Source of the DNA: Enterobacteriaceae bacterium | GTDB lineage: Bacteria; Pseudomonadota; Gammaproteobacteria; Enterobacterales; Enterobacteriaceae | Direction of reading: 5' to 3' | DNA: 64,000 nt | Assembly (NCBI GenBank): GCA_035277345.1 | Contig: DATEKR010000320.1 | Location: 39,304-103,303, forward strand | In this document: positions 46,971 through 62,872 of the stretch, piece by piece | How positions within the stretch are numbered: position 1 is the stretch's first letter | How the letters are laid out: each line of letters opens with the position of its first letter | Notes under the pieces: generated by a model | What the model was told of the DNA's origin: nothing | The model's database searches: none | What the model saw: only the letters and a program-made list of their open reading frames with translations | Program-made: the position numbers and the translations under genes

Positions 46971-47235
46971 TCTGGGGCGTTTGCTGATGCTGGGCGTCTG
47001 GGCATTTTTGCTGCTGAACCTGGTGCAGCCTTTTCCGCGTCCGCTGAATATTTTCGTGAACGTGGCGCTGGTGTTTATGGTGCTGATGCACGGTTTACAA
47101 ATGGCGCTGCTTAAGTCGACGCTGCCAGCGGACGGCCCGCAAATGACCACTGCGGAGAAGGCGCGGCTGTTCCTGTTTGGCGTCTTTGAACTGCTGGTGT
47201 GGCAGAAAAAAATCACGCCGAAGAAAAAAGGCTAA
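46960..47235 (+). CDS. yhhL: DUF1145 membrane protein
   Basis: MLINLGRLLMLGVW...FLFGVFEL; overlaps the end of rsmD. Confidence 0.88.
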   Translation: MLINLGRLLMLGVWAFLLLNLVQPFPRPLNIFVNVALVFMVLMHGLQMALLKSTLPADGPQMTTAEKARLFLFGVFELLVWQKKITPKKKG

Positions 47236-47360
47236 AAATGCAAGATTCAGCATAGTCTGTCCCGTCTGCCGTTGTCATCTGCTGCTCCCGGACACTACAC
47301 TGACCAGACAGAGTCGTAAGCAAGGTGCTTATGTGACAACAACGGATTCAGGGACTTACT

Positions 47361-47987
47361 ATGCTTTGGTCTTTTATCGCCGTCTGTTTTTCCGCCTGGC
47401 TGTACGTTGATGCCTCTTATCGTGGCCCCGCCTGGCAACGCTGGCTGTTCAAACCGGTCACGCTATTACTGCTGCTGTTGATGGCCTGGCAGGCTCCGAT
47501 GCTCAGCGCCGTCAGCTATCTGGTGCTCGCCGGGCTGTGCGCCTCGTTGATTGGTGATGCCCTAACGCTGCTGTCACGCCAGCAGCAGCTCTACGCCGTC
47601 GGTGCCTACTTCCTTTCCCATCTGCTCTATACCATCTACTTTGCCAGCCAGATGACGCTTTCGTTCTTCTGGCCGCTGCCGCTGGTCCTGCTGATTATTG
47701 GCGCTCTGCTGCTGGCGACCATCTGGTCGCGACTTGAAGCGCTACGGCTACCCGTCAGCACCTTTATTGCGATTACCCTGGTGATGGTCTGGCTGGCTGG
47801 TGAGCTATGGTTCTTCCTGCCGTCCGGTCCGGCGCTGTCGGCATTCTGCGGTGCCGTACTGTTGCTGATCGGCAATATTGTCTGGCTTTTCAGCCATTAT
47901 CGCCGCCGTTTCAAGGCCGATAACGCCATTTCCGCCGCCTGTTACTTTATCGGCCACTTCCTGATAGTGCGCTCACTTTATCTCTGA
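47361..47987 (+). CDS. yhhN: YhhN/lysoplasmalogenase-family membrane protein
   Basis: FKP, GD and FLSHLLY motifs; synteny. Confidence 0.9.
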   Translation: MLWSFIAVCFSAWLYVDASYRGPAWQRWLFKPVTLLLLLLMAWQAPMLSAVSYLVLAGLCASLIGDALTLLSRQQQLYAVGAYFLSHLLYTIYFASQMTLSFFWPLPLVLLIIGALLLATIWSRLEALRLPVSTFIAITLVMVWLAGELWFFLPSGPALSAFCGAVLLLIGNIVWLFSHYRRRFKADNAISAACYFIGHFLIVRSLYL

Positions 47988-47994
47988 TGAGGTC

Positions 47995-48026
47995 TTGACT
48001 CTGGAGTCGACTCCAGAGTGTATGCT
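47995..48026 (+). promoter_or_regulatory. ZntR (MerR-type) promoter/operator
   Basis: TTGACT-N20-TATGCT with the perfect palindrome ACTCTGGAGTCGACTCCAGAGT. Confidence 0.93.
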
Positions 48027-48064
48027 CCGGTTAATGAGAAAATTATCATTAGCCGGAGGCCACC

Positions 48065-50253
<2,189 letters not shown>

Positions 50254-50257
<4 letters not shown>

Positions 50258-50499
50258 TGACTTTTACGCAGCAGATAACGGAAAGGCAGTGATTCCGACT
50301 GTTCGGCGACCAGTTCGTGATCCATAAAACGGCAGAAGCCGGGAATATCGCGGGTGGTAGCCGGATCGTCGGCCAGAATCAGCAGGGTTTCACCGACCTG
50401 CATATTGCGCACGGTTTTACGTACCATCATTACGGGCTCCGGGCAGCGGAGTCCCAGCGCATCAAGCGTGTGGTCGGGGCTGGAAAACAGATCGGTCAT
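50254..50499 (-). CDS. tusA: Sulfur carrier TusA
   Basis: [11 protein letters not shown] motif. Confidence 0.96.
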
Positions 50500-50638
50500 G
50501 GCGTCTCACCTGGTAAAAAACGGCCATAGTTTACGCGGGCTGTTCCCCGACGCAAGGTCAGGTTGTGCCAGGTTAACGTTTGCGTAAAAAATAGCCGTTG
50601 CAATCTCTGCCTCACACAGTATCATGCGGCGGTTTTCT

Positions 50639-50671
50639 ATTGGGTTCCCTCACCCCAACCACCAAAAAGGC
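50639..50671 (+). ncRNA. preQ1-I riboswitch (enterobacterial yhhQ type)
   Basis: ATTGGGTTCCCTCACCCCAA...CAAAAAGG immediately upstream of yhhQ; the A-tail overlaps the RBS. Confidence 0.75.
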
Positions 50672-50677
50672 TACAAC

Positions 50678-51343
50678 ATGATGCAATTCAATTCCGCACA
50701 GCGCATGAAAGCGCTGTTCTGGCTGTCGCTATTTCATTTGCTGGTGATCACCTCCAGCAACTATCTGGTGCAGCTGCCGGTTACGATTTTCGGTTTTCAC
50801 ACCACCTGGGGTGCCTTTAGTTTCCCCTTCATCTTCCTGGCAACCGATCTCACCGTCCGTTTCTTCGGCGCACCTCTGGCGCGGCGGATTATCTTTGCCG
50901 TGATGATCCCCGCCCTGCTGATCTCCTACGTGGTCTCGGCCCTGTTTTATATGGGTTCATGGCAGGGATTCGCGGCGCTGGGCAACTTCAACCTGTTTGT
51001 GGCCCGTATCGCCAGCGCCAGCTTTATGGCCTATGCGCTGGGGCAGATCCTCGACGTCCACGTCTTTAACCGCCTGCGTCAGAGCCCGCGCTGGTGGCTG
51101 GCTCCAACCGCGTCGACCTTCATTGGCAACGCCAGCGATACCCTGGCCTTCTTCTCCATCGCCTTCTGGCGCAGCCCGGACCCGTTTATGGCCGAGCACT
51201 GGACGGAAATTGCTATCGTCGACTACTGCTTCAAAGTGTTAATCAGCACGCTGTTCTTCCTGCCGATGTACGGCCTGCTGCTGAATATGTTGATGAAAAA
51301 GCTGGCAGATAAATCCGAAACACCGGCATTTCAGTGCCGATAA
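50678..51343 (+). CDS. yhhQ: Queuosine precursor transporter
   Basis: SSNYLVQ, FPFIFLATD, GQILDV; COG1738-type. Confidence 0.93.
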   Translation: MMQFNSAQRMKALFWLSLFHLLVITSSNYLVQLPVTIFGFHTTWGAFSFPFIFLATDLTVRFFGAPLARRIIFAVMIPALLISYVVSALFYMGSWQGFAALGNFNLFVARIASASFMAYALGQILDVHVFNRLRQSPRWWLAPTASTFIGNASDTLAFFSIAFWRSPDPFMAEHWTEIAIVDYCFKVLISTLFFLPMYGLLLNMLMKKLADKSETPAFQCR

Positions 51344-51416
51344 AGGTTCGCCAGACGGGTTGTGATAAGATGCTCGTATGAGCCGTTAATGGCCGTTTAT
51401 CGAAAGGAAGAAGTCA

Positions 51417-51974
51417 ATGCGCAATCTGGTTAAATATGTCGGTATTGGCCTGCTGGTTGTGGGCCTCGCAGCCTGTGATAACAGCGACACGAAAGCATCG
51501 GCACAGGGGGCTTCTGCCGAAAGCAGCGCCAGCGGTCAGCCGATTTCCCTGCTGGAAGGTAAACTCACGTTCTCTCTCCCGGCGGATATGACCGATCAGA
51601 GCGGCAAGCTGGGCACTCAGGCAAACAATATGCACGTTTACTCTGACGCCAGCGGCCAGAAAGCGATGATCGTGATCGTCGGGGACAATACCAGCGAAGA
51701 GCTACCGGTGCTGGCAAAACGCCTTGAAGACCAGCAGCGCGCCCGCGACCCGCAGCTTCAGGTCGTGACTAACAAATCCATCGAGGTGAAAGGCCACACC
51801 CTGCAGCAGCTGGACAGCATTATCTCTGCCAAAGGTCAGACGGCGTACTCTTCCGTTGTGCTGGGTAAGATTGATAACCAGCTGCTGACCCTGCAGGTCA
51901 CGCTCCCGGCGGATAACCAGCAGGAAGCGCAGACCACGGCAGAAAACATTATCAATACCGTCGTGATCAACTGA
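51417..51974 (+). CDS. dcrB: DcrB lipoprotein
   Basis: [20 protein letters not shown] lipobox; synteny. Confidence 0.93.
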   Translation: MRNLVKYVGIGLLVVGLAACDNSDTKASAQGASAESSASGQPISLLEGKLTFSLPADMTDQSGKLGTQANNMHVYSDASGQKAMIVIVGDNTSEELPVLAKRLEDQQRARDPQLQVVTNKSIEVKGHTLQQLDSIISAKGQTAYSSVVLGKIDNQLLTLQVTLPADNQQEAQTTAENIINTVVIN

Positions 51975-53198
51975 TCACTCCGGTGAAGAAGACCCGGCCT
52001 CCGTTGCCTGCAACGGGGGCCGTTTTTTTAGCCGCCATGCCAGCAGAAGCGCCACCGCCACCAGGCCGGCGGCCGCCATATAGATAACCGACACGCCTGC
52101 CCAGGCCATCAACAATCCCGCCAGCGGTCCGGTTACCCCCAGCGATAAATCCATAAATACCGTATAGGTCGCCAGCGCCGCACCCTGATTCTGCTGCGGC
52201 ACCGCTTTTACCGCCACCACGCCCAGCGCCGGGAACACCAGCGAGAAACCGGCCCCGGCCAGGAAGGTGCCGACTTTCGCCACCAGCGGCGTCTCGGCAA
52301 TCCCCACCAGCAGCAGGCCGATAATCTCTACGGCAAAGCAGATCATCGCCACGTTCAGTCCGCCCAGACGGTTGATCCCGTTGGGGAAAAACAGCCGGGT
52401 GCCGACAAAGGCACAGCTAAAGAGCGTCAGCGCGAAGGCCGCGCCGTCCCAGCCTTTAGCATCGTAGAAGAGGGTAATAAAGGTGGCGATCACCCCGAAA
52501 CCGGCAGAAGCCAGCGCCAGCGCCATGCCGTAGAGCCACACTCTGCCCAGCACCGCCCGGAATGGCATCGGCTTGCCCTTGCTGGCTTTCACCGCCGCCC
52601 GCGGCAGCGCGGCGAAAATCGCCACCAGCGCCACGCCCATAATGGTCAGCGCCAGTCCGCGCAGGCCGCCATACTGGTAAAAAAGCACGCCCAGCGGCGC
52701 GCCGATGGCCATGGCGCCGTAGGTGACAATTCCGTTCCAGGAGATCACCCGGCCAATGTGCAGCGAACCCACTGCGCCAACGCCCCAGAGGGTAGAACCG
52801 GTTCCGGCAAAGCTCTGCCCGACGCCCAGAATCAGACGCCCCACGCAGAGCAGGACCATACTGAGCACCGCAAACTGGGTACTCGTCGCCGCCAGCAGAT
52901 AACTTAGCCCGCTCAGGAAGCAGCCGCACAGGCCAAAGATAACGACTTTTTTCGGCCCCAAAAGATCGGCATAGCGGCCCGCATGAGGGCGGCTCAGCAG
53001 GGTAGCAAAGTATTGCAGACTGATGACCAGGCCGGCCCAGAAGGCGCTAAAGCCCATAACGTCGTGCACGTAGCCGGGCAGTACCGCCAGCGGTAAGCCA
53101 ATCGTGAGGTAACTTGCGAAGTTAAAAGCAGCAATAGAGACAATACGCAGATTAAGACGTAATCCGCTAAGCGCCGGTTCGACGGCGGGCTCGGCCAT
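51975..53198 (-). CDS. yhhS: MFS transporter
   Basis: SRPHAGRYADLLGPK motif A; 12-TM pattern; synteny. Confidence 0.9.
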   Translation of the reverse strand: MAEPAVEPALSGLRLNLRIVSIAAFNFASYLTIGLPLAVLPGYVHDVMGFSAFWAGLVISLQYFATLLSRPHAGRYADLLGPKKVVIFGLCGCFLSGLSYLLAATSTQFAVLSMVLLCVGRLILGVGQSFAGTGSTLWGVGAVGSLHIGRVISWNGIVTYGAMAIGAPLGVLFYQYGGLRGLALTIMGVALVAIFAALPRAAVKASKGKPMPFRAVLGRVWLYGMALALASAGFGVIATFITLFYDAKGWDGAAFALTLFSCAFVGTRLFFPNGINRLGGLNVAMICFAVEIIGLLLVGIAETPLVAKVGTFLAGAGFSLVFPALGVVAVKAVPQQNQGAALATYTVFMDLSLGVTGPLAGLLMAWAGVSVIYMAAAGLVAVALLLAWRLKKRPPLQATEAGSSSPE

Positions 53199-53329
53199 AG
53201 TGTTCACCTGATTTTGCAACAGTGTTTCAATGTTACATGCCAACGTAATGAAAGTCGCCGCGACTTTAAGATTTTCTACGGCGAACAACGCACTACACTT
53301 AGTTACCAGGATAAAAAAAGGAATTACCC

Positions 53330-54379
53330 ATGACCACCCCACTTCCCGACAAAACGGGATTGCATATTTTATTGAAACTGGCCGCACTGGTCATCATCCT
53401 GGCAGGGATCCACGCGGCTGCGGACATTATCGTCCAGCTGCTGCTGGCGCTGTTTTTCGCGATTGTCCTCAACCCACTGGTCAGCTGGTTTATGCGTCGG
53501 GGTATCAAGCGCCCGGTTGCCATTACCATCGTGGTGATGGTGATGCTGGTGGTACTGACGGCATTAGTCGGGATTCTGGCCGCCTCGGTGAGCGAGTTTA
53601 TCGCCCAGTCATCCAGCTTTAATAAAGAGCTCACCCGCAAGCTGGGCGCGCTGCAGGAGATGCTTCCCTTCCTGAATGTCCATCTCTCCCCCGAACGGCT
53701 GATACAGCGTATCGACTCAGACAAGCTGATGACCTTCGGCACCGCGCTGATGACCCAACTCTCCAACGCGATGGCCAGTATCGTGCTGCTGGTGATGACG
53801 GTGGTCTTTATGCTGTTTGAAGTGCGCCATGTCCCCTACAAGCTGCGTTTCGCGCTTGCCCACCCGCAAATCCATATCGCCGGACTACACCGGGCGCTGA
53901 AGGATGTCTCTCACTATCTGGCGCTTAAAACACTGCTCAGCCTGTGGACCGGGGCCATCGTCTGGCTGGGGCTGGTTGTATTGGACGTGCAATTTGCCCT
54001 GATGTGGGGCGTGCTGGCGTTTTTACTTAACTATGTCCCCAATATCGGCTCCGTCATTTCCGCCGTGCCGCCGATGATCCAGGCCCTGCTGTTCAATGGA
54101 TTCTACGAGTTTGTGCTGGTGGGTACCCTGTTCCTGGTGGTGCATATGGTGCTGGGGAATATGGTTGAGCCGCGCATGATGGGACACCGTCTTGGGATGT
54201 CGACGCTGGTGGTATTCCTGTCATTACTGATCTGGGGATGGCTGCTGGGGCCGATCGGTATGCTGCTGTCGGTGCCGCTGACCAGCGTCTGCAAAATCTG
54301 GATGGAAACTACCAAAGGCGGCAGCAAGCTGGCAATCCTGCTGGGCCCCGGCAGACCGAAGAGCAAGCTGCCGGGGTAG
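53330..54379 (+). CDS. yhhT: AI-2E family transporter
   Basis: NYVPNIG, EPRMMG, WGWLLGPIGMLL. Confidence 0.9.
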   Translation: MTTPLPDKTGLHILLKLAALVIILAGIHAAADIIVQLLLALFFAIVLNPLVSWFMRRGIKRPVAITIVVMVMLVVLTALVGILAASVSEFIAQSSSFNKELTRKLGALQEMLPFLNVHLSPERLIQRIDSDKLMTFGTALMTQLSNAMASIVLLVMTVVFMLFEVRHVPYKLRFALAHPQIHIAGLHRALKDVSHYLALKTLLSLWTGAIVWLGLVVLDVQFALMWGVLAFLLNYVPNIGSVISAVPPMIQALLFNGFYEFVLVGTLFLVVHMVLGNMVEPRMMGHRLGMSTLVVFLSLLIWGWLLGPIGMLLSVPLTSVCKIWMETTKGGSKLAILLGPGRPKSKLPG

Positions 54380-54383
54380 CGCG

Positions 54384-54890
54384 CTACTGTAGATTACGCG
54401 GGAAATCTTCTGGCAGTTCACTGGCGGGGCAATCAATAACGCTTTCGTTGTTGGCCCCGCAGTCGCGAACAAAGGTGATAGTCGCAAATTCGTCGATCAC
54501 CTCGGTCGGATAAGCCGGGCCGGCATCACGATACGCGTTCATCTGCGGGATATGCTGGTTCTGGAAACAGACGGTTTTTTCCGGGTTGTTGATGACCCAG
54601 CGCGGGAAGAAGATGGTGCCATGGAACAGTCTGTCACCGAGGTTCACGATCAGACTCACGTCGGTGCCGGTCGGTTCGGTCCAGGAAATTTTATAGATGC
54701 TCTCACCCACCCGCACAATATACGCCTGCTGATCTTTAACCCAGCGATTCGCCACAATCCCGCTATGAATACGGTAATCCAGGGTATTTTCGTTTTTAAC
54801 GTAAATCTCGTAGTTCCAGCCATTATCGTAGGTATAAACCAGATGTTTACCGACGAAGCCGCTCAGATCCTGTTTATTAAAAGTGTTCAT
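54384..54890 (-). CDS. padC: Phenolic acid decarboxylase
   Basis: YTYDNGWNYE, YRIHSG, SWTEPTGT, IFFPRW. Confidence 0.93.
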   Translation of the reverse strand: MNTFNKQDLSGFVGKHLVYTYDNGWNYEIYVKNENTLDYRIHSGIVANRWVKDQQAYIVRVGESIYKISWTEPTGTDVSLIVNLGDRLFHGTIFFPRWVINNPEKTVCFQNQHIPQMNAYRDAGPAYPTEVIDEFATITFVRDCGANNESVIDCPASELPEDFPRNLQ

Positions 54891-54988
54891 ATAACCCTCC
54901 TGTTGAGTTGATATCAGGATCGTACTGCTTTAAAAATTGGATAAATAACGCTATTTTTGAATCAAATTCATTCAATTTTTAGATGCGT

Positions 54989-55844
54989 ATGCATAAAACA
55001 ACGCTGGAACAATGGGGGCTACTGGAGCAGGTCGTGACGCTGGGCAGCTTTGCCCGTGCGGCAGAAGCGACAAACCGCAGCCAGTCCTCGGTGAGCTACA
55101 ACCTTACGCTGCTACAGGAGCGGCTCGGCGTTCCGCTACTCAGGCAGGAGGGGCGTCGTGCGATGCTCACGCCTGCCGGTGAGCTGCTTCTCGGTCAGGT
55201 AAAACCGCTGCTGAAAGCCTTTTCCTGGGTAGAAACCCGCGCCGCCACGCTGAAGGACGGAATGCGCACCCGGCTGGATCTGGTTGTCGACAGTATATTT
55301 CCCCGCAGACGCCTGTTCGCCATCCTGCGGCAGTTTCAGCAGCGCTATCCGCAAACGCAAATTCGCCTGACGGAAGTGCTCGAAAACGCCCCTCATGAAC
55401 AGGCTGCACAGAGCGAAGCCGATGTGATGGTGCTGACACGCCGCCTGGATATTACGGGCCGCGGCGAGTGGTTGATGAATATCGATTTTGTGGCCGTCGC
55501 CCATCGGGATCACCCTTTGAGTCAGCATAATGGAGCGCTGAACGACGATGCCCTGGCCAGCTGGCCGCTGATCCGTATCGCCGAACGCGACAGCGACCGC
55601 CAGCCAGAGCAGGATGCCTGGACATTCTCAACCATTGACGCCGCCGTCGAGGCGGTGATGTATCAGGTGGGTTACGGCTGGCTGCCGGAAGAACGTATTC
55701 AGCCGCTGCTGGATCGCGGTGAACTGGTGCCGCTACAGCTGCATCACGGCGCGCGTCGCGCCGCTGCATCTGATTGTCAAACGCGACCTCGCTCCACCGG
55801 ACGAACAGGTCACGGCCCTTGTGGCGCTGTTCAGTAGCGTCTGA
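54989..55844 (+). CDS. LysR-family regulator divergent from padC; probable frameshift near 55760
   Basis: GSFARAAEATNRSQSSVS helix-turn-helix. A LysR-like C-terminus PLHLIVKRDLAPPDEQVTALVALFSSV* sits in the +1 frame (55761-55844). Confidence 0.8.
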
Positions 55845-55909
55845 ACATTTTCTGCCGAAAGACGATAAATGCGCCTCCCTTAGAAGAGAGGCGCTGCGGT
55901 AAAACGCGA

Positions 55910-57814
55910 TCAGGCAATAAAGCGGTCAACCAGCGTGGACATGGCTTCCGACTGACCGTCAAGCATCTGGCTGGCGGTCGCCGCCTGAGAGACAAGGGCG
56001 GCATTTTGCTGAGTAACCTGCTCCAGCTGATTCAGCGCCTGATGCACCTGCGCCACGCCCAGAGACTGCTCATTCGCCGCACGGGCAATATCGCTGACAT
56101 ACTGCTTCATTCGCCCGGTATTATCCGCCGCAGCTTTCAGGGCCGTGCCGGATGCGGTGACGCGGTCTACCCCTTCACCGATCTTATCCATATTCTGATT
56201 AATCAGTTCGCGGATCAGATTAGCCTCTCTGGCGCAGCGCTGAGACAGGTTGCGGACTTCCGTCGCCACAACCGCAAAGCCTTTACCCAGCTCACCGGCA
56301 CGTGCCGCTTCAACGGCGGCGTTAAGCGCCAGCAGGTTGGTCTGGAAAGAGATCTCATCGATGGAGCCGACGATCTTAGAGATCTGCTCGCTGGAGGAGC
56401 GGATCTCCGCCATGCTTTCGCTGGCCTCGTTCGACACACGGTTGGCCTCAAGCACGTCGCGTTCCATCGCTTGAGTCAGGCGCTCCGCCTCGCTGGCATT
56501 GTCGGCGGTCTGCGTAATGGCAGTCGATATCTGCTCCATGCTGGCGGCGGTTTCCACAATTGAGGCCGCCTGTTCGTCGGTACGCTGAGCCAGATCCTGG
56601 TTACCGGCGGCGATATCGCTGCTGGCGCTGCGCAGCACCACTGCGCCGGATTTAATCTCCTGCACAATATGCTGAATACTCTCGATCGACTGGTTGTAAG
56701 CGCGGTTCAGGGCAGAGAGCTCGTCGCTTCCCGGCACATCCAGACGGCGGGTCAGATCGCCATCCATTTCGGCAATACTTCTCAGGGTACCGTTCAGCTG
56801 CTGCTGGATACTGCGCGCCACCATCACCGCAAAGGCGGTAGCGATCAGCAGAGCAATCAGGCTGATTGCCAGGAAGGATTGCCAGTCAACGCGGGCATTG
56901 TGAGCCAGGGCGGCAGCATGGGCCTGGAGGGTGTCGGCCGTATTATTTTCTACCTTACGCAGCGTTTCTATACGCTGGGTCTGGGCGGTAAACCAGTCGG
57001 TCGGGTTGATGCCAAAACCGCCCTCGGCCGCCTTATCGAAGGCCGTATTTCGCAGTTCAAGGGCGCGGGTAGCATCGGCAGACTGGAGCGCTTTCTCCAG
57101 TTCATCGGCCTGGGCCGGGGTGCTAAAGCGGCGGGCCGCAGTCAGCCAGGCATCCTGTTTGCCCACCACATCGCTAAACATACGGAACTGGCCGTCATCA
57201 AAGCGATCCATCGAGAAGATATTGGAGAGCAGCGCACGCTCAACCCCGGCCTGCTCCTTTAAATTCAGCAGGCTGTAGTAGGCCGCCAGTTCATTGACCA
57301 TCGAGCCGGAGGTGCTTAAGTGCCCCATTCCGCCGACAAAATTCAGCACGCCAGCAATCGTCTGAGTATAAAACTGACTCGCTTTCGGTGAATCCAGCCC
57401 CAACCCGCTGATGGCCGTACGCGTCGTTCCCAGAGACTGAATACTTTCATTAAAGGTTTTCAGGGTGGCGGCAATATTGCCCTGGAGAAGATCGTTATCC
57501 GTGCCGGCAATCACCTGGTTTAATTTCGCCAGCGCCTCATCGGTTAATGTCCGCTGAGCGGCTAATTCATCGCGGAACTGCTGCCCGCGTGCGCCGATAA
57601 ATCCGGCGCTCATTCCACGTTCACGCTGGAGCTGGTGAACCACATCACCGGCGCTGCGGGCCAGAGTGGTGAGCTGGCCGATGGTGTTCATCTGTTGTTC
57701 AGTATCGATACGGCTGACCATGCCCGAACCGGCAAACCAGATCAAAGCAAGCAGCAGGGGGAATAGTGCAATAAACAACTTCATTTTCATTGAAATACGA
57801 TAAATCCATGACAT
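55910..57814 (-). CDS. Methyl-accepting chemotaxis protein with NIT-type sensor domain
   Basis: Two TM segments; NIT motifs HQLQRERG and KEQAGVERA; HAMP domain; QTNLLALNAAVEAARAGE. Confidence 0.85.
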   Translation of the reverse strand: MSWIYRISMKMKLFIALFPLLLALIWFAGSGMVSRIDTEQQMNTIGQLTTLARSAGDVVHQLQRERGMSAGFIGARGQQFRDELAAQRTLTDEALAKLNQVIAGTDNDLLQGNIAATLKTFNESIQSLGTTRTAISGLGLDSPKASQFYTQTIAGVLNFVGGMGHLSTSGSMVNELAAYYSLLNLKEQAGVERALLSNIFSMDRFDDGQFRMFSDVVGKQDAWLTAARRFSTPAQADELEKALQSADATRALELRNTAFDKAAEGGFGINPTDWFTAQTQRIETLRKVENNTADTLQAHAAALAHNARVDWQSFLAISLIALLIATAFAVMVARSIQQQLNGTLRSIAEMDGDLTRRLDVPGSDELSALNRAYNQSIESIQHIVQEIKSGAVVLRSASSDIAAGNQDLAQRTDEQAASIVETAASMEQISTAITQTADNASEAERLTQAMERDVLEANRVSNEASESMAEIRSSSEQISKIVGSIDEISFQTNLLALNAAVEAARAGELGKGFAVVATEVRNLSQRCAREANLIRELINQNMDKIGEGVDRVTASGTALKAAADNTGRMKQYVSDIARAANEQSLGVAQVHQALNQLEQVTQQNAALVSQAATASQMLDGQSEAMSTLVDRFIA

Positions 57815-57853
57815 ATCGATATTTTCCTTATTTTCTGGCGGGGATCATAAGGG

Positions 57854-57881
57854 TTATCGGTGAATGTCCTCATAATCTTTA
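57854..57881 (-). promoter_or_regulatory. Putative sigma28 promoter of the MCP
   Basis: TAAA-N16-ACCGATAA on the minus strand. Confidence 0.6.
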
Positions 57882-57992
57882 CGACTATTAGAGTATGAAA
57901 ATTCGGTTTGTTATTCGCGGAAAGGGAAAAGACCACCAAAGGATTAATTACTAAGAGATATATTCATAACCCCAAAGAATAATTATCTGCAC

Positions 57993-58835
57993 TTAGCGAA
58001 ATACGCTGTCCTTACGTAATCGCTCAATATGGATCGCCAGAAAAGCCATTTCGTCGTAGGTCAGCGTATGCTGATAGTTTTGTTTTACCCAGCCGCTAAG
58101 CTTCAGGGCGCAGCCCCAGGACTGGGCCAGACGCCTGTCGATATCATCGTAGAGAGAATCCTGGTGATGTGCGACAAAATCCCGTGACAGCAGGCGCTGG
58201 GTAAAAAACTTCAGATGCGTGATAAATCTTTGATAGTTCAGGTTATGCTCATCCCAGCTGATATTGAGATCGTACTTGACGATGTTGAGCATATTTTTGA
58301 CGATTTCAGTTCCAGTCATCACGTTCTGCATATTATTCTCACCCGCCGCATTAACGATATGCAGGGTGATAAAACCGATTTCGTCTTCCGGTAAATCAAG
58401 CTTCAGGGTGTCATTAATGAGCCGTAGCGCCCGCTGGCCCACCGCATATTCCTCGGGATAAAAACGCCGAATTTCCCAGAGCAGCGGATTTTTTATTTCC
58501 ATGCCTTTTTGATGGCGCAACACGGCGAAATTAATATGATCGCTGAGGGCAATAAACAGCGTGTCCTGAAGGTCGATATTCAGTGCGTCACGCGCCATCG
58601 CCACAATTTTTTCAGTGACGGCCAGATACAGCGGGGGGATCTCCGCAAGAATGTCGGCAAAAAAGGCCGAAAGATCCTCCTGCGTTTTCAGAAAGCGGCT
58701 CTCAATTAGCGCCTCATCCACGCAATCACCGGCTTTCTTACCGAAACCGATGCCTTTGCCCAGGACGACACACTCTTCACCTTTATCGGTGAGCGCCAGT
58801 ACCGCATTGTTACTTAAGATCCTGTCAATTTTCAT
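57993..58835 (-). CDS. BglG/LicT-family transcriptional antiterminator
   Basis: CAT domain MKIDRILSNNAV...VLGKGIGF; two PRD domains (DHI, LHI, THL, IHI). Confidence 0.92.
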   Translation of the reverse strand: MKIDRILSNNAVLALTDKGEECVVLGKGIGFGKKAGDCVDEALIESRFLKTQEDLSAFFADILAEIPPLYLAVTEKIVAMARDALNIDLQDTLFIALSDHINFAVLRHQKGMEIKNPLLWEIRRFYPEEYAVGQRALRLINDTLKLDLPEDEIGFITLHIVNAAGENNMQNVMTGTEIVKNMLNIVKYDLNISWDEHNLNYQRFITHLKFFTQRLLSRDFVAHHQDSLYDDIDRRLAQSWGCALKLSGWVKQNYQHTLTYDEMAFLAIHIERLRKDSVFR

Positions 58836-58899
58836 GGCATTGCCCGCTATTCTGGCCGCCATGCGCGGCCTTATTGTTGTCCCGCTGGCAGCAGTGGGC

Positions 58900-60879
<1,980 letters not shown>

Positions 60880-60993
60880 TGCAGAGAAATTTATAAATTC
60901 CTGCGCCGATTGCGGCAAGGAAAACAGTTGTCTTATGTGACCACTATCACCTTAAAAAATAAAGGTTTTAGCGCTTATTTTCCCCGGCAGTGA

Positions 60994-62394
<1,401 letters not shown>

Positions 62395-62419
62395 TTAAGC
62401 ATGCTGCCTGCCGCAGCGC

Positions 62420-62496
62420 AAAAAAAAACCTGGGCAAAGAAGCGTGTGAGTTAACGCCTCTTTGCCCAGGTCTCGCCCGCTATCGCGGTTACGTCC
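62420..62496 (-). promoter_or_regulatory. RAT-like element overlapping an intrinsic terminator (leader of the glucosidase gene)
   Basis: GGACGTAA-CCGC-GATA-GCGG-GCGAGACC runs into ACCTGGGCAAAGA...TCTTTGCCCAGGT plus T run; CRP site at 62554-62569. Confidence 0.82.
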
Positions 62497-62872
62497 TTTG
62501 CCACAGCACAGTAACGGATCCGTTTCGCCGGGGAAATTAGTAAGGGTGGGTTATGTGACAACTATCACGACAAAAAGGCCATCACTCTTGCTGAATTAGA
62601 TACCTGAAAAAACAGCCTTTAATTTTGTACAAATGTACTGTTAATAAAATTTAAATCTATTTAATTTGAAATTCACCTTAATTAACGAATTTAAAAACCA
62701 AATAAACACAAACAGATAGAATCAAAAACCCAACAAAACAATCACATAATTTGAACAAGTTGTTCAGGTCAGGAGGATTTTCATCCTCCAGTGCCGGGCG
62801 TAGCATGCCCTGCATCGACGGGAAACCGCGATGTAACGGCAACCAACACCCTCACGTTCGGAAGGTAAAACT

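Noticed and set aside
47236..47360. Possible remnant of yhhM between yhhL and yhhN
   Set aside because: The gene is absent and no recognisable remnant is visible; simple gene loss of little interest.
62790..62870. Known riboswitch (TPP, cobalamin) upstream of the binding protein
   Set aside because: Lacks the TPP CUGAGA core, and GGGAA alone does not support a cobalamin element; kept only as an unassigned structure.
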